NCBI GenBank assembly: GCA_030264375.1
Contig: JASCQW010000162.1
Span: 89,716,433 to 89,780,432 of the forward strand
Source of the DNA: Carcharhinus longimanus
Taxonomy: Eukaryota
Length of the DNA stretch: 64,000 nt
Direction: 5' to 3'
Positions 12,641 to 26,841 of this stretch are shown piece after piece. Both the position numbers and the translations under genes were made by a program. Position 1 is the first letter of the stretch. Each line of letters starts with the position of its first letter. The notes under the pieces are model-generated. The model had not been told where the DNA came from, made no database searches, and saw only the letters and a list, made by a program, of their open reading frames with translations.

Positions 12641-14249
12641 ATCAGTTAAACAAACTGAATTGGCAAGCAAATTCTGAAAATAGAACATCTATTGAGGTAC
12701 AAAGTGGGAAGGGCTACCAATTCTCACCTAACAAGTAATAGGATTTTATTTGTGAATCTTTCCCTAAATTATCCTGGGACTCAACTCTCAATTTACCTCA
12801 GCCATTTTGAAGATGAAGGTATTCTCAATTATTTATAGACCACAGACAATTGGTAGCCACAGCATTGGCTCTCCATTCAAACGACCTTGTCTTCCATTTC
12901 CATTTTCGCCCCCATCTAGTAATTAAACAACAACCCCTTCTCTCAGGGTTTAAAGATCTCAGCACCACTTCACAACTGGAAATGGAGAGATGTCCAACTG
13001 CAGTGGGAGTACGTGGGGTCAGCTCATTCACATCCATGACTTAATGTATGAATTGAAAAGCTTTCCTATGTGGTCCTGAGAACTCAAAACTTTTAATATG
13101 ATTTAATGGAATTGAGATACAGATCAGCCATCATCTATTTGAAACGTGAAATAAACTCATGATATATGTTGGCTGCTGTCTAAACACTGGCCTGTAGTTT
13201 GTAATGAATTCTGATCGAGCTCTTGGGGAGTAATTATTTTCTACGATAAAAACTATTATGGTGCAATGATTCAAAATTATGTTTACATTGTTTATTGCCT
13301 TAACTGTTTGATCTTTAAGAAGTCTCACTTGGACCTTAAAGCGTTTGTACTGCATCTTCCTCAGTACATTGTTCTAATTTTTGGTTGTGACCTTTTTGTT
13401 TTGGTTTACTCAATTTCCAAACCAAATTTTCTTTGAATATTTCACAATATTTTTTCTTTTCTCTTAATGCTTTTGTTTTACCCCTGACCTCATGGTTGGG
13501 ATCCAGGTTTCATTAGGAATATTCTAACTTGGGAAGAATTCTGTTTCCATTAGGTTGCTTTTCACCTTCAATATTGTTTATCCATTTATCTTCCAACTAT
13601 TTTTTAAAGCAATTGAATCTCCGTTCGATTTCTGATAGAAGTGACACTTCAGGCCCAAAGAAAATTCTTTCATGGATTTAGCATCACGCCTTCAGAATAA
13701 CAAAGGTTACTGTGATGAATCAGACTTCCAAAATCCTTCTGATATTTGGAGATACAATAAGAGTGCATTTTCTGGCTGGTGTTATCTGTAGCTCAAGGAC
13801 AGAAATTGATCTTTATCAAATCAGTTAGAAGTTATCAAAATGCAAGATATGGCATATAAATCATTTATAATTTATTTTAAAATTTCTAGAGATAACAGCT
13901 ATCTGAAGAACTTTCGAAAGTGTTACTTTCAGAACTGAGCTTGCTAAAGCAGTAACAAGTCTGAATGTTTTACTTGTTCAATCTCCTGGCAGTAATTAGT
14001 TTCCAATGTCGTATTTGTAATTACAGCTGGACACCATCAAACTGGTAACAAACATTCACCATCAGTGTTGTGCCAGGGCTTGCAACAAAAGTATCTGTTC
14101 ATGTGAATGACCTCTACGCTTTACACTTTACAACTGCTTCACACTTCAGAAATAGTTCCAATAGCCATGCTGGACTCAGCTACACATTAAGCACTGATTA
14201 GCACCTCCTGCCTTCCCACAGCTGATGAATCTTTGCTCCTCCATGCCGA

Positions 14250-15420
14250 ACTTGGAAGAAGAACTGAGGCTGGCAAGGACACAAAATGTATTTTAGTCGG
14301 GGCCTTCAATGCCCATCACCATTGGCACCAACACTCTTTGGCTTACCTCTTTGCTGCTGTGGTATGCCTTCAGATCATCTACAGAATGTGTCTCCTTACA
14401 TACAAGAGTTGACGGATAAATTCTTCAGCTTTGCTCACTGGAGATCCAAGGGCAATGTGTGCCAAGGCCCCACCAGAGAATTGCTCTATTCTGATCATAT
14501 CACTTCAACAACCCATACCAAGGAACACCAGCTACGGCAAATGGATAGACTGTGTCAACCTCTAAATGTTGGACTTTAATTACCACCAGCACCATGAAGA
14601 CAAACACCATGATCCAGGATGTTGTCACACTGCTATTTATCAGCATCAACAATGTGACACTGGAGGCTGTTAATAACTTCATATATGTAGATTTTATAAT
14701 CATCAGCAATTTATCACTTGATGCTGAAATCAACACATACATCACAAAAGCTGCAGCTGTTCTGTCCAAGCTGAGATAGAGAATGTGAAATAACAGCACC
14801 TGACTGAGATCACCAAACTGTGAGTCTGCATCCTCAATGTACACCTCTATCGTCATAAGACCTGGCCAACATATGCTACGCAGAAGGAAAGCCTAAACAA
14901 TTTCTACCTTCACTGCTTCCGATGTATCCTCAACATTTCTTAACAGGACAAGCTCACCAAATCGAGGTCCTCAAGCATGCTGATTCCATCAACATGCATT
15001 TATTACTAAGCCATTGACATCTGTTTTGGCTCAGCCAGGTTCATTGGATGAGTTATATATGACGATATATAGTTATACAGTGAGTTAATCATTGGGTCAT
15101 CATCACCTGGTTGTCCTTATTTCTACTGAATGGAAACCTGCTAGCAAGAAATGAAGATGATGGATATTAACAGTGACAACTGGGAGACAGTCATTGATGG
15201 CTGTGACTTCTGGAGGCTGACTGGAAGCATATTGGAAAAAGTGAGCAGAAATTATGAACTCAACTGGCCCAGAGAAAACAGCAGCCAAAGAATTGTGCAC
15301 CTTTTTGGTGACAAATGTTGCAGAGAAGTCGGGCTCCAAAGCCACAATCAGTGATGCTTAACAGAAGGTTGGGCATCTTGGTGCAAACCATTATCTTAGG
15401 AAACAGAAGGTTGCCACAAC
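14250..15420 (+). mobile_element. Decayed RTE-clade LINE reverse transcriptase and 3' region
   Basis: LAPTLFG, RELLYSD (FADD-equivalent), INNVTLEAVNNFIY...SNLSLDAEINTYITKAAAVLSKL and MDINSDNWE motifs. Confidence 0.75.
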
Positions 15421-15479
15421 AAACATGCTTGCATGCACCAGGACTTGGATGACAATCAGGTTTGTGCAGATATGTGGCA

Positions 15480-16530
15480 TGTAACATTCAGATTACAAAA
15501 TTGGTGATAATATCCATCTCTAAAAGAAGAGCATCTAATGATCTTCCTTTGACATTCAATGGCATTACCATTGCTGAACCCCCTACCGTAATTATCCTAG
15601 GGTTATTATTGACCAGAAACTTAACTGGACGGCCATAAAAATATCATGGCTACAAAAACAGATCAGAGGCTGGGAATTCTGTGGTGAATAATTCACTTGA
15701 TTCGCTAAAGCCGCACAAGTGACAGAGAGTGGGGGTTAATGGGTGCTATTTGGATTGGCGGTTGGTGACTAGTGGAGTGCCCCAGGGGTCGGTGCTGGGN
15801 NNNNNNNNNNNNNNNNNNNNNNNNNNNNNNNNNNNNNNNNNNNNNNNNNNNNNNNNNNNNNNNNNNNNNNNNNNNNNNNNNNNNNNNNNNNNNNNNNNNG
15901 TTATGGGGAGAGGGCGGGAATGTGGAACTGAGCCATGACAGATCAGCCATGATCTTGTTGAATGGCGGGGCAGGCTTGAAGGGCTAGATGCTGCTCCTAT
16001 TTCTTATGTTCTTATATGACAAGACACAAGGTAGGTGTGTGAAGAAATCCTCTTCAACTGCTTGCAAGAGTGTGACTCCAACAATGTTCAAGAAGGTTGA
16101 CACAATCCAGGGCAATGCAGCCTACTTGAATGGAATCCAATCCACTACCTTAAACATTTACTCCTTTCATCACCATGCACAGTGGTGGAAATGTATACCA
16201 ACTAAAATCTTTCATCAATGCTCCTTTGAAAGGACCTTATAAACACACAGCCTCTACCAATAAGAAGAACAAGGGCAGCAAATGTATCAGAACACCATCA
16301 GCTGCAAGTTACCCTACAACTCATGCACCATCTTTATTTGGAACTATATCACCGCTGCTTCACTGTCACTGGGTTAAAATCCTGGAACTCCCTTCCAAAC
16401 AACACTGTAGATGTACCTATACCACATGGACAGCAGCGGTTCAATGTGGCAGCTCACCATCACCTGCTCAAGGACAAGTAGGGGTGAGAAATAAATGCTC
16501 ACCGTTGCCGGTGAATGTCACACCCCCCCA
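15480..16530 (+). mobile_element. Older CR1-like LINE 3' portion with a younger CR1 (about 15720-16015) inserted
   Basis: ILGxIIDQKLNW and WNSLPxNTV motifs; the insert reads WRLVTSGVPQGSVL. The same 3' tail family recurs at 61720-62030. Confidence 0.7.
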
Positions 16531-16961
16531 AAAGATTAAACAAAACTGTGATTTAGAATTGAAACCGGCAGGACTTGCTTTGAGAAAAAAAGGCATCAAA
16601 CATTTAACGCAACTGATGGAATGTTTTCTTTTCTCATCCAAGTTCTGGCTCAGATGAGGAGAGTGGCATGGAGCATGCCAGCTGTCCACCTGACTTTTCT
16701 CACAGCGCTTGGATGAAAAAGAAATCAGGGGGTGTGGCCAATGCTGTCATTCTGGTGGGGTGAGGCCACTAAAAGCCAATGAAGTCAGGAATGACACTCC
16801 AACCTACAATTTAAAAAAAGACTAAGGGCTCCTTCCCCCCGTGCACATGAAGACCCCTCACNNNNNNNNNNNNNNNNNNNNNNNNNNNNNNNNNNNNNNN
16901 NNNNNNNNNNNNNNNNNNNNNNNNNNNNNNNNNNNNNNNNNNNNNNNNNNNNNNNNNNNNN

Positions 16962-17445
16962 GTGTGCAATTCTGGTCACCCTATTATAGAAAGGATATTA
17001 TTAAACTAGAAAGAGTGCAGAAAAGATTTACTAGGATTCTACGAGGACTTGATGGATTGAGTTTTAAGGAGAGGCTGGATAGACTGGGACTTTTTTTCCC
17101 CACAGAAGTGCAGGAGGCTTAGGGGTCACTTTATAGAGGTCTATAAAATAATGAGGGGCACAGAAACAGTAGATATTCAATACCTTTTCCCAAAGGTGGG
17201 GAAGTCTAAAACTAAACCTATGTCCTCTAAGGTGAGAGGGGAGACACAAAAGCTGCCAGAGGTTGTAGTAGAGGCAGGTACGATTTGTCTTTTAAAAAGC
17301 ATTTACATAGTTACGTGGATGAGTATAGAGGGATATGGGCCAAATGCGGGCAATTGGGATTAGCTTCAGGGTTTAAAAAAAAGGCAGCATGGACAAGTTA
17401 GGCCGAAGGACCTGCTTCCATGCTGCAAACCTCTATGACTCTATG
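16962..17445 (+). mobile_element. CR1 (HER1-like) LINE 3' end
   Basis: VQFWSPYYRKDIIKLERVQKRFTR, with a tail ending ctctatgactctatga. Confidence 0.9.
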
Positions 17446-18694
17446 AAACATAAGAACAGAAATTGAGTAGTCAGGTTGTTTACCCTGTTTCTGATCCCTC
17501 ATGTTAATTGGTGGTTACTGGGTGAACCAAATTGATTTTGATTCATTCACATTTAGTCAATGAAGGTTTGATTGATGACTGATCACGTAGGCTGTTGTTT
17601 CACAACTACATTTTGGAAAGGTCTGGCAGTCTGATGTTATAACTCAGTCAAGTGGGACACATCAGAATGGCATGATTCAGCACTTCAAAAATATACAAAA
17701 TACCAGACTGTCCCAGAGATGTGTCCCGATGAGTCAGAGCATCCCATCTCATCAGCGAGGGACTGCTCGTCAGTTACAGTGACCTCCACTTTCACTGAAC
17801 AGACTCCCCAAAAGTAGATTGTGCAGCCCCCTCACTCTACTGTTTCCCAATCTCATATCTGATCCCTACCACTTCCACCAGGTTTCCTTGCTTAAGGCTG
17901 CCCATCCCCATATAACTGCCAGAGCAGAGTCTCTCAGGCTCCAGACAGGAGACTCAAACAAGTGTTTCCAGACTGTAACGTCCCATGGTTTCTCACTCAC
18001 ACAATTAGTTCCAGACCCAGCCCTCCCTCCACCCTCCAAGACAAAGACCTAAGAGTCTGTTCACCTCCAGTATTCAACCACAAATTCCTGCTCCCCCTTC
18101 CCCCATCTCCCTACAGACCTTTCCACTGTAGGGTTGTGTCTTTCCTTAAATCTCATCCTCCATTTTTTTAAAGCTTAGTCACCTCTGACATCTCGCAGCA
18201 TCCCGATTTCCTCTGATCGACCAGCAAAGGCAAAAGATAAGATAGCAATCACATTAGCAGGGAAAGATTGGCAAGAGCCCTCCAGACACACACATTGGAG
18301 AGAGACGCACTCAAGATTAGAGAGACTAGCAGAAAGCATAAAACAGAAATAACTGGGTGGGGGGTTGGGTAGACAGCAGCGATGCAAATATTAGGAATGA
18401 GTATGATGAGTATGACAACCAAAAAGAGAACAGATAAAGAAAGCAAAGGCAAAAAGAGCACAGAAATAGTTATTTATTGCAGTTATTGGAATGCGAGTTG
18501 TTCCATCTGTCACCACTCATGGCAATCTACAATTTTGCATAATTTTAAATTACCATGTCTTCTAACTTGCTGTGAAATTCTATAAACATTTGCAGCCAAG
18601 GCTCATCACACACAAGCAATGAAAATCATGTTGGCCCAATATTTTGGACCAAATTATCAATCTTATTTATACAACTCCTAACCCAGTCCCTTAC

Positions 18695-18921
18695 CTAAAA
18701 GTTCAATGATCCCTGCATGGATGGCGAGATATCGTTCACAGAGAAGTGGCTCCCTGCTCTGACTGTAGTGCCTCACTATGGTTTCAAATAGCACCCTTTT
18801 GTGTGTCTCTGCAACCTCTCTGTCATTTATGATCTGAGATAGCAGTTCACTTGCATGCACAATCAGCTCATCAGGGAAATATTCCAGACAATCAACTGCA
18901 GCCACGAACCACTCATCAGTG
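18695..18921 (-). CDS. DEPDC4: DEPDC4/DEPDC7-family gene, next exon (227 nt, phase 2-1), start of the RhoGAP-like region
   Basis: Strong polypyrimidine acceptor (tctctgttctgtttgtgtccacag|) and donor AG|gtaagg. Encodes TDEWFVAAVDCLEYFPDELIVHASELLSQIINDREVAETHKRVLFETIVRHYSQSREPLLCERYLAIHAGIIELL, versus recalled DEPDC7 [21 protein letters not shown]...LLFDAIGRYYSSREPLL...VHNGIAELL. Joins the previous exon in frame across an 823-nt GT-AG intron. Confidence 0.85.
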
Positions 18922-19744
18922 CTGTGGACACAAACAGAACAGAGACTGAGGAAACATATCACATGCACAGTTTGTCTTGACAAGTCACTCCATATTCCTG
19001 CCCAGAAATTTCAAGATTAGCTTTGGATGAATTTCAGAAGTTTGGTTCATGAAATATTACAGCAGAGGTGGTGGTCATTCAGCAAATCAATTCTGTGCCA
19101 CCTCATTCGAAGAATAATCTTGCACTTTTCCCTCATATCCCTGAAATAACTCTCCAATACCCTTTTGAGGGCTACAATTGAATCTGTATCCAGAACAGAG
19201 CTTTTTTTTATTGGGAGAGTATACTGATTTCTTCAGTCTCTCAGCTCTCCTCCCACTCAACCCAGTGTCCCAGTTATCCCCTCTTCATTTGTGCTCAAAA
19301 ACAAATGAATACTCATCCCATTTCTCTACACTGTAAAAATGTAATTTACAGGACATTAACACCCTGACCCAATTAGGTTGAAATAGTACAACAAATCCCT
19401 GAGGAAAATTGGTCCCTGAGTCTACATTTCTATAATGTGCCATTTGAATGGTGTACCTGACATTTGCAAAGAATAACACATTCAAAGATGAAAGGGCAAC
19501 TGAATGAGCAGCTGAGTGTGGGGAAAGATCAATAGAAGATTATGCATTTTGAATTATTTCATACAAAAATCTAATGTTTTGCATTCTTTCATGGAACCAA
19601 TGAGAGGGACACAGAGGTTTACGATAAATTTTTCATTATTCTTTTCTTCTCAGCACAGTAAAAATTTTAACACTTCATCTTAGATATTAAACGCTGTTTA
19701 TTCCAAGCTCTTTGAATGGGATGAAGTTATTTGCAAATACTAAC

Positions 19745-20031
<287 letters not shown>

Positions 20032-20765
20032 TCACATAGCCATACAGCAGTTAGTTAATGCATGCAATTCGCACATTGAAATGCAACACTAAATTCTGTA
20101 TTTAGCTCCTACAAAAAGGGAATTTGTGAGCGAGTAGAGAAAATAGAATAGTTAAATCTGTGAATACATGAAATTAATTGCTGCACTTCCCCCTGCCATT
20201 TCAACAACAGCCACACTGGCTGTGAAGGGGCTGACTGCAACAATTAATCACAAAGAGACACCATTTAAATGTGCTAGGTATTGCTCCCTCACTGAAAATC
20301 CTGGGTTGAGAAACAATTAGCAGTTTGAAAGGGAGCATAAACAGAAAACAGAAACTACTCATTGGTCAACACAGTTCGGCTTTGACTTCATGGGTTTCTT
20401 GCTCATGAGTACAACTTCCCAATACAAATTTCTCATTTCTGCCAGACCAGTAATAGATAGCATATGAAACTCAAGTTAGTGGGTTAGACACCAGCTCCTT
20501 CAGCGCAGCCTGATGTAATGAACATCTCCTCTGTTTGCTGGTTAAAAGGATCCTTCGAACTGGGTTTGAAGGTTCTGAAGCTGGCATTCACAGGCAATGT
20601 CACCCAGGTCCATCCAGGCAAAAAAAAAATCAAAGCACAAAAATTGCTTCAGATTCTTCAAGTGATTATGACACTCAACCAAATAGTTGATCTAGGCAAT
20701 AAAGTATACCCCACAGTGGTGCGGTAGCAGTTAATTTCTGATAGTAGGACTGTTACACATTCTTC

Positions 20766-20890
20766 ATGATGTGGGTATGCCGGCGTTGGACTGGCGTAAA
20801 CACCTGACGAAGGGTCTAACCCGAAAGCTTGTGAGAATATTATCAAATAAATAGGTTGGACTAAAACCTGGTGTTGTCAGACTTTTTACT
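20766..20890 (+). mobile_element. Penelope-like terminal fragment (inverted end plus hammerhead-like motif)
   Basis: 20766-20803 is close to the reverse complement of 12188-12225 and is followed by ctgacgaagggtctaacccgaaagcttgtg. Confidence 0.65.
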
Positions 20891-21589
20891 GGCAAACTTC
20901 AACAGGCCTGGACAGCATGAAGCCCTCAAGGTTACATTTACTTGATAATAAGAAGCATATATCAGGTTCACAACATCCTCACTCCTATCTCATTGTTTGC
21001 CTCGGCATTGTATCAAATTGCCATATGTGTTTTCAAAGTTGTTCAAAGGCTCCATGAGCACAGTATCTCACCATTTGCAACCAGTATCTCTGACCTCAGG
21101 GAGTGTTGAGGTCAAGTTCCACACAACGCTATGTACTACACTCTGAATAGAGACTGGCAGACACTATATGGATAACAGAAAGTTGATACACTCTCAAGAA
21201 TGTAGGCATGAACAACAGGGCCATAATATGGCTGAGAGCGCCATAGCCTTGGCTCAATGAGGTGGCAAGGTACTCACAATTATTAGTGAACTTACCACAT
21301 GTACATTCAAAGTCAGAAACATGCTTGGCACACGTGAGTGCACACAAGCTCAGAGGAGCAACTCATAGCATGAATACTCTGCAGGATGACAGAGGGTCAA
21401 CACAGACAAGAGACCAATGAAATCAACATCTGTGATAAATCAAGGGAGGGACCATAGTGTCATGCTTGACAGCAACACAACTCATCTTAAAGAGGAGGTG
21501 TACACAAAAGGAGATGTGAAATGTGTGTGATTCTGTGCACATTGGTGAACATTCTAAACAGATGGTACACACACATGTCACCATTGTAC

Positions 21590-22020
21590 TCCTAGTATAT
21601 CTTAAATTTTCCAACCCTACCTCTACGTCTTGGTGTTTCCCTCAACATCCACCCTGGAGCTTGCTGCCCGCTACACCTAGTTATCTGTGATGAATTTGGC
21701 AGGTGTCGTCTCGGAAAGGAGACCTGGAGGGCACACCCAATTTGGGTGTCCTTCTGTGGGGTAGATTCAGCCTCTCCAGCCTGTGGAGCTGAAGCTGATG
21801 GAGTCTCAAGAAAAGGGGATTTAGATTGGCAGGACACCCCCAGAGTCACCTGAGTGGATGGCCAAGGGGTATGAACCTGCTGATCCTTTTCCCTATGGGT
21901 GGCCACAGAGCCCTTGGCTGACTCCTTCAAGAGACAGGGTAGCTGGAGTGAGATCAAGTTGATGGATACCACCTAGGGCTATTGTGAGGAATGTTGCCGC
22001 AGCCACTCTAACAGCCTTTG
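21590..22020 (-). mobile_element. Possible Harbinger ORF2 C-terminal relic
   Basis: Low-complexity S/P/Q-rich ORF ending ETPRRRGRVGKFK. The resemblance is from memory only. Confidence 0.3.
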
Positions 22021-22589
22021 TGTTCACTTTTTAGAATATAACTTTAATAATTTCTTCATGCCTGAACAATAACAATACACACTAGTTAACTTCCATATTC
22101 CAACAAGTATCTTACAGTTTGCAGCATTCAGTAATTTTTACTTCACTTTGCAAATTCTCTCTTAGTCTCACAAAGCATGGTGGTTAAAAATGTAGTCAAG
22201 TTACAGCAAAAGTCTGTATTCTTCCACCAGAGTTCCCCTGTTGGGAAGTGAACATTTTTTTAATCAAGTAAGAGCAGAATAAAAGCTAAAAGCATAGTGC
22301 TGAAAATTGGAAAAGAAACAGGAAATGCTGTAGACACTCATCGGGTCTTATTCCAAGATGACTTATGATGTAGCAAAGTTGTCCTGCAAGGCTGTGTAAA
22401 CAAATAGCCATCTGTACCACCTAGCTTATCGCATCCAATAATGAATTCACCAACTATCAATATTCAGGTAGCTTTACTTTGAAAAGCACCTTAGTACATT
22501 TTAATAAATACCTTGGAATGTTTCAATACTTTAAAGGTGCTGTATGGATCGAGGATTTGTTAGTTAAGAGGAAGCAGAGAGTAGGATAA

Positions 22590-23740
22590 GTGGGTCAGAT
22601 TGGCAGATTGTAACTACATAGATCAGTGTTGGTGCCTCAACTATTCACAATGACTTGGATGAAGGGACTGAATGGTTGCTAAATTTGCTGATGACACAAA
22701 GATAGGTCAGAGTGTAAGTTGTGAAAGGGACATGAGTTTGCTCTTTGCAAAAATTTGGTAGATGGAATATAATGGGAGGAAAAGTGAACTTGTCCACTTT
22801 GGCAGGAAGAATAGAACAGCAATATACTATATAAATGGAGATAGATTGTAGAACTATGCAGTACAGAGGGATCTGAGTGTCCTGGTACATGCATCACAAA
22901 ATGTTGATAGGCAGGTAAAGCAAGTGATTAGGAAGGCAAATTAAATGATGGCAATTATTGCAAGGTATAAAAGTAAGGAAGTTTTTGTTACACTTCCATA
23001 AGGTGGTGGTGCGACCACATCTAGAATATTGTATACAATTTTTTGGTCTCCTATGGGAAGAAAGGATATAATTGTATTAGAAGCAGCTCGGTGAAGGTTT
23101 GCTCAACTGATTCCTGGAATGAAGGAGTTATCTGATGAGAAAAGGTTAGACATGTTAGGCCTGTATCCAAGTTTAGAATGATGAGAGGTGATTTTATTGA
23201 AACAAATAAGATCCTGAACACTCTTACCAGGATGGATGCTAAGAGGCTGTTTCTCAATAGGAAAGAGCAGAACTAGGGGGTACAGTATAAAAATAAGGAG
23301 TCTCACATTCAAAACTGGAGATGAGGGGATTTCTTTTTTATTCCTGGGGTCTCTAGAATGTGAAATTCTCTTCCTCAGAGAGCAGTAGAGGCAGCGTCAC
23401 AGAACCATAGAATCCCTACAGTGCAAAAGGAGGCCAATCACCCCATTTCAACTGCAACGACTCTCTGAAAGAGCATTTTATCAAGGCCCTCCCCTTGCCC
23501 TATCCCCGTAACCCCATGATTTACCATGCCAATCCACCTAACTTGTACATCTTTTGTCATTGAATATTTTAAAGGCAAAGTTAAATAGATTCTTGATTAA
23601 CAAGGCAGTCAAAAGTTAATGGGAGTAAACAGCAAAGTTGAGGCTATTATTAAATTAGCCATGATCTTATCAAATGGCAGAGCAGGCTTTAGGGGCTGAA
23701 TGGCCTATTCCTACTCCTAATTCGTATGTATGTTCATAAA
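22590..23740 (+). mobile_element. CR1 LINE RT and 3' end, with a minus-strand SINE tail inserted at about 23400-23555
   Basis: gctaaatttgctgatgacacaaag (AKFADDTK), QRDL.VLVH, VRPHLEYC and the 3' tail. Confidence 0.85.
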
Positions 23741-24009
23741 TGAAGATCTCATGAGGTCCATGTCACTGAGCTGTTCAAACAGGACAGGTGAATGAGCTAG
23801 CTCTGCAGATGGAAGATTTCCTTCCCTGTCAGTGAAACCTGTCCTGGATCACTCATGCTTTACTATATCATGTACACTCTCCTCCAGCATACAGTCTAAA
23901 GTACACAGTGTGGACGTATCTGGGCTAGTGTTTGAGCAGGAATGAATAGTGATAAAATGTGCTATTAACTCCTGGCTGTTTGAAAAAGTGATGAAAAGAG
24001 CATAAATGT

Positions 24010-24480
24010 GTTTGGACCATTCAGAGAAGGTTCACTTGACTGATTCCTGAGATGAAGGAGGTTATCTTATGTGGAAAGGTTGGACAAGGTGGACTTGTAT
24101 CTACTGGAGCTTAGAAGAGTGAGAGGTGATCCGGTGAAACATTTTGAATATCCTGAAAGCAACTTGACAGGGTGGATGCCAAAAGGATATTTTTGCTTGT
24201 GAGAGAGATTGGAACAAGGGGACGCAGTTTAAGATTAAGAGGCCTCCCATTTCTGATGGAGATAAGGAGAATTTGTTTCTCTGCTTTTGTAAGTCTGTGG
24301 AACTCCCTCTCTGGAGAGTGGGAGAGGCAGAGATGAATTCTTGACTAACAGGAGTAGGTATGAATGCAGCATTGAGGTCACAATGAGATTAGCCATAATA
24401 TTATTGTTATAATATTGTGTGATGTTGCAGAGCAGGCTCAAGGGGACAAATGGCCTTTCCCTCCTAAGTTATACATTCAT
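24010..24480 (+). mobile_element. CR1 LINE 3' fragment
   Basis: QRRFT.LIPEMK and LWNSL motifs plus the tail. Confidence 0.75.
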
Positions 24481-26661
24481 ATGTAGCAGCCCAGCACTCA
24501 CACCAGATTTCAAGTGTAGAAGTAGGTCAAATTATAGCAGACCACTGTACTGGGTCCCCTTCCTTGCAAGTTTAAGGGTAAAGAAACAGAGGAGAATAGA
24601 GAAGGAGTTAGGGTAAAATAAAGTGTAATAAGGTACAGAAAGAGGATAAAGTGAGGGAAAGAAAAATTAGATTAAGAGAGGGGGGAAAAAAGTAGAAAGG
24701 AAAAGTAAAAAGCAAAATACATTGTAGACTTTAAGATCTCTTAAATACTCAGAAATGAGATTCTAGAATTAAATTGTTCTCTTTCTACGGCAGATTGGTT
24801 AAGTGACATTGTACGAATATAAATCTCTTCATTAAAATAATTATTACATCATTAAATACTAGCTCTAATGTCTAATTTCTGTGGAAATGCAGCAATTCTT
24901 TGAGACATGGGGAGGTTAAGGGCAAACTCTCACTTTCACAAGTTTAATGGATAATTGTGGTGATTTGCAACTCATGGGTTGTCCTTCCTCATGATTACTG
25001 TGTGATTAAAATGTAAGTATCAGTGTGCATTTACACTTCCTGCTACTTTCCCAGCAAATTGAGAGATGCGTCTTTCAAAACAGTGGTCTGTGCCCCTCTG
25101 CCTCCTCAAATCATCATTGTTGCGTCCAGTGGCTTCCAGCAATTTTGGATTCCTGTTTTGCATGGCTGTTTGAAGCCTGAGTGCATATCTGCAATAAATG
25201 CTAGGAAGAAATGAGAACATTGATATGCCTTCATTACAATGCTGAAATAAAATTTTCACCACATTCCATCAAGAACTATCTTCATTAGTGATTATTCCCG
25301 TCCAATACATGCATCCTGAACATTACGAGCTGCGATCATTATCTCTTCCCATATTTGCACCCCATTATGCACTAATTAATGGGCCATAATGGTGCTGAAA
25401 ATACCAGCTATATAGTTCAATATCTGCTTCAGCAGCATTTCAGTGACTTGAAAAGCACTATATCACACAGATTGTTAGGCAACATTTACTGTGTAATGAC
25501 CATGAATTAATGCAAGGTTATTACTTAATTTATGAGTCTTTGTACCCGCTGTACTATTTGGTCATTTTGTACATTGGGATTTGAGTTTTTTCTCACCCCA
25601 CTTTGAACTGCTGTACATCTGCATGATGATAAGATTTTAGTGGCTTTAATTTTATGGTCAGCAACTTGACAATGGTATTTGCTGCTGTACTCAAAAGAAG
25701 CTGCCAATAAAGATTTAGCATTCCCAGTGGCCTGGAATTCTGGTTCTGTCAAAGGGATCACCACGTGCCCAGCAACAAAGATGCAGTTAATTAGGGTAGG
25801 CTGTCAATCAGTTGAAGTATTCTCACAGTCAGCAAACCAGGTTGTAAAATGGACTGATTTTTCACTTTTTATTAAAATTTTGTAGTGAGCAAAACAAGTG
25901 ATCAGGACATACCGATAGGTTTAAGGTAGAGCTAAAATGTCATAATTAAGCTTTAAGATAGCATTATATTAAACATGTGTTTTTCTTTATTATCATGGAA
26001 AAGTATAAACATTCTACAAATGTAAAATTAATTTTTCAGAAACAGTGTGTTTGTTCAACAATTTGAATTTGTATGCTGTAAAAAAAAACAGTTGCACTTC
26101 AGTCAATAATTTCTTTCTGCGTTATGATCAATACTGTAAAAAATTCTCATCAAATTAGTGATTTCTATTTGATTGTGAAAGAGGGGAACCTTAACAGTGC
26201 ACCCTGTCACAACACACAAGGAATAGGAACAGGAGTACTCTATTCAGCCTATTGGTCTTCGAAAAGATCATGTCTAATCTGATTGTGGTGTTAATTCCAC
26301 TTACCAGCTCTGTCAGAGAGTCAGTTTAGACTCAATGGGCCAAATGGCCTTCTTTGGCACTGTAGAGATTCTATTATTCTATGATTGTAAGGTGATCCTT
26401 TATTGTCAATGGATAAATAAACCTTTGCTTTAAGAGAAGGTATATAGTAACCAACCTACTGGGAGAGAAAAAGACCATTATTCTAGTCATTGCACACATT
26501 TTAAGAAAGTGAACATCAAAAGGTGGTATCTTTCTGTAACTATTCATTTACTTTGTTTAGCTGTTGGACTAACAGTGGGAATTCATTTCCTTGTATCTGC
26601 CAGATACAGACCCTAAATCACAAGATAGCGAAGTCTCACAGTTACTTATTTTATTTTACAG

Positions 26662-26841
26662 TTAATGACACAGAAGAAATTGGTGCCTTGAATAGTATTA
26701 ATATTACGGATCCTGATGCAACCAAAATAGTAGTGTCTGACCTTGACACCAGCAGCAAATATAAGTTTTACCTGAATGCTTACACTCGAGCTGGATCTGG
26801 GAAACTTATAACAGAAGAAGGAACAACTGTGGTGGAGGGAG
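26662..26841 (+). CDS. CHL1: CHL1 internal exon, C-terminal half of fibronectin type III repeat 4 (180 nt, phase 1-1)
   Basis: Acceptor ttattttacag| and donor G|gtaaga. Encodes NDTEEIGALNSINITDPDATKIVVSDLDTSSKYKFYLNAYTRAGSGKLITEEGTTVVEG, collinear with recalled human CHL1 INDTYEIGELNDINIT...KYKFYLRACTSQGCGKPITEESSTLGEG. Confidence 0.93.

Noticed and set aside
12825-13355. Minus-strand ORFs with faint resemblance to downstream DEPDC7 exons (CEVVLRSLNPERR; KAINN…IVFIVENN)
   Set aside because: Similarity is at chance level, the order is wrong and no matching donor sites were found.
20293-20580. Minus-strand 8-nt microexon (20300-20293) and 89-nt exon (20580-20492) as upstream DEPDC exons
   Set aside because: The pair fitted only an alternative frame of the 19.8 kb exon, which was discarded once the DEPDC frame was recognised. 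Splice sites on the longer piece are weak and there is no clear homology.
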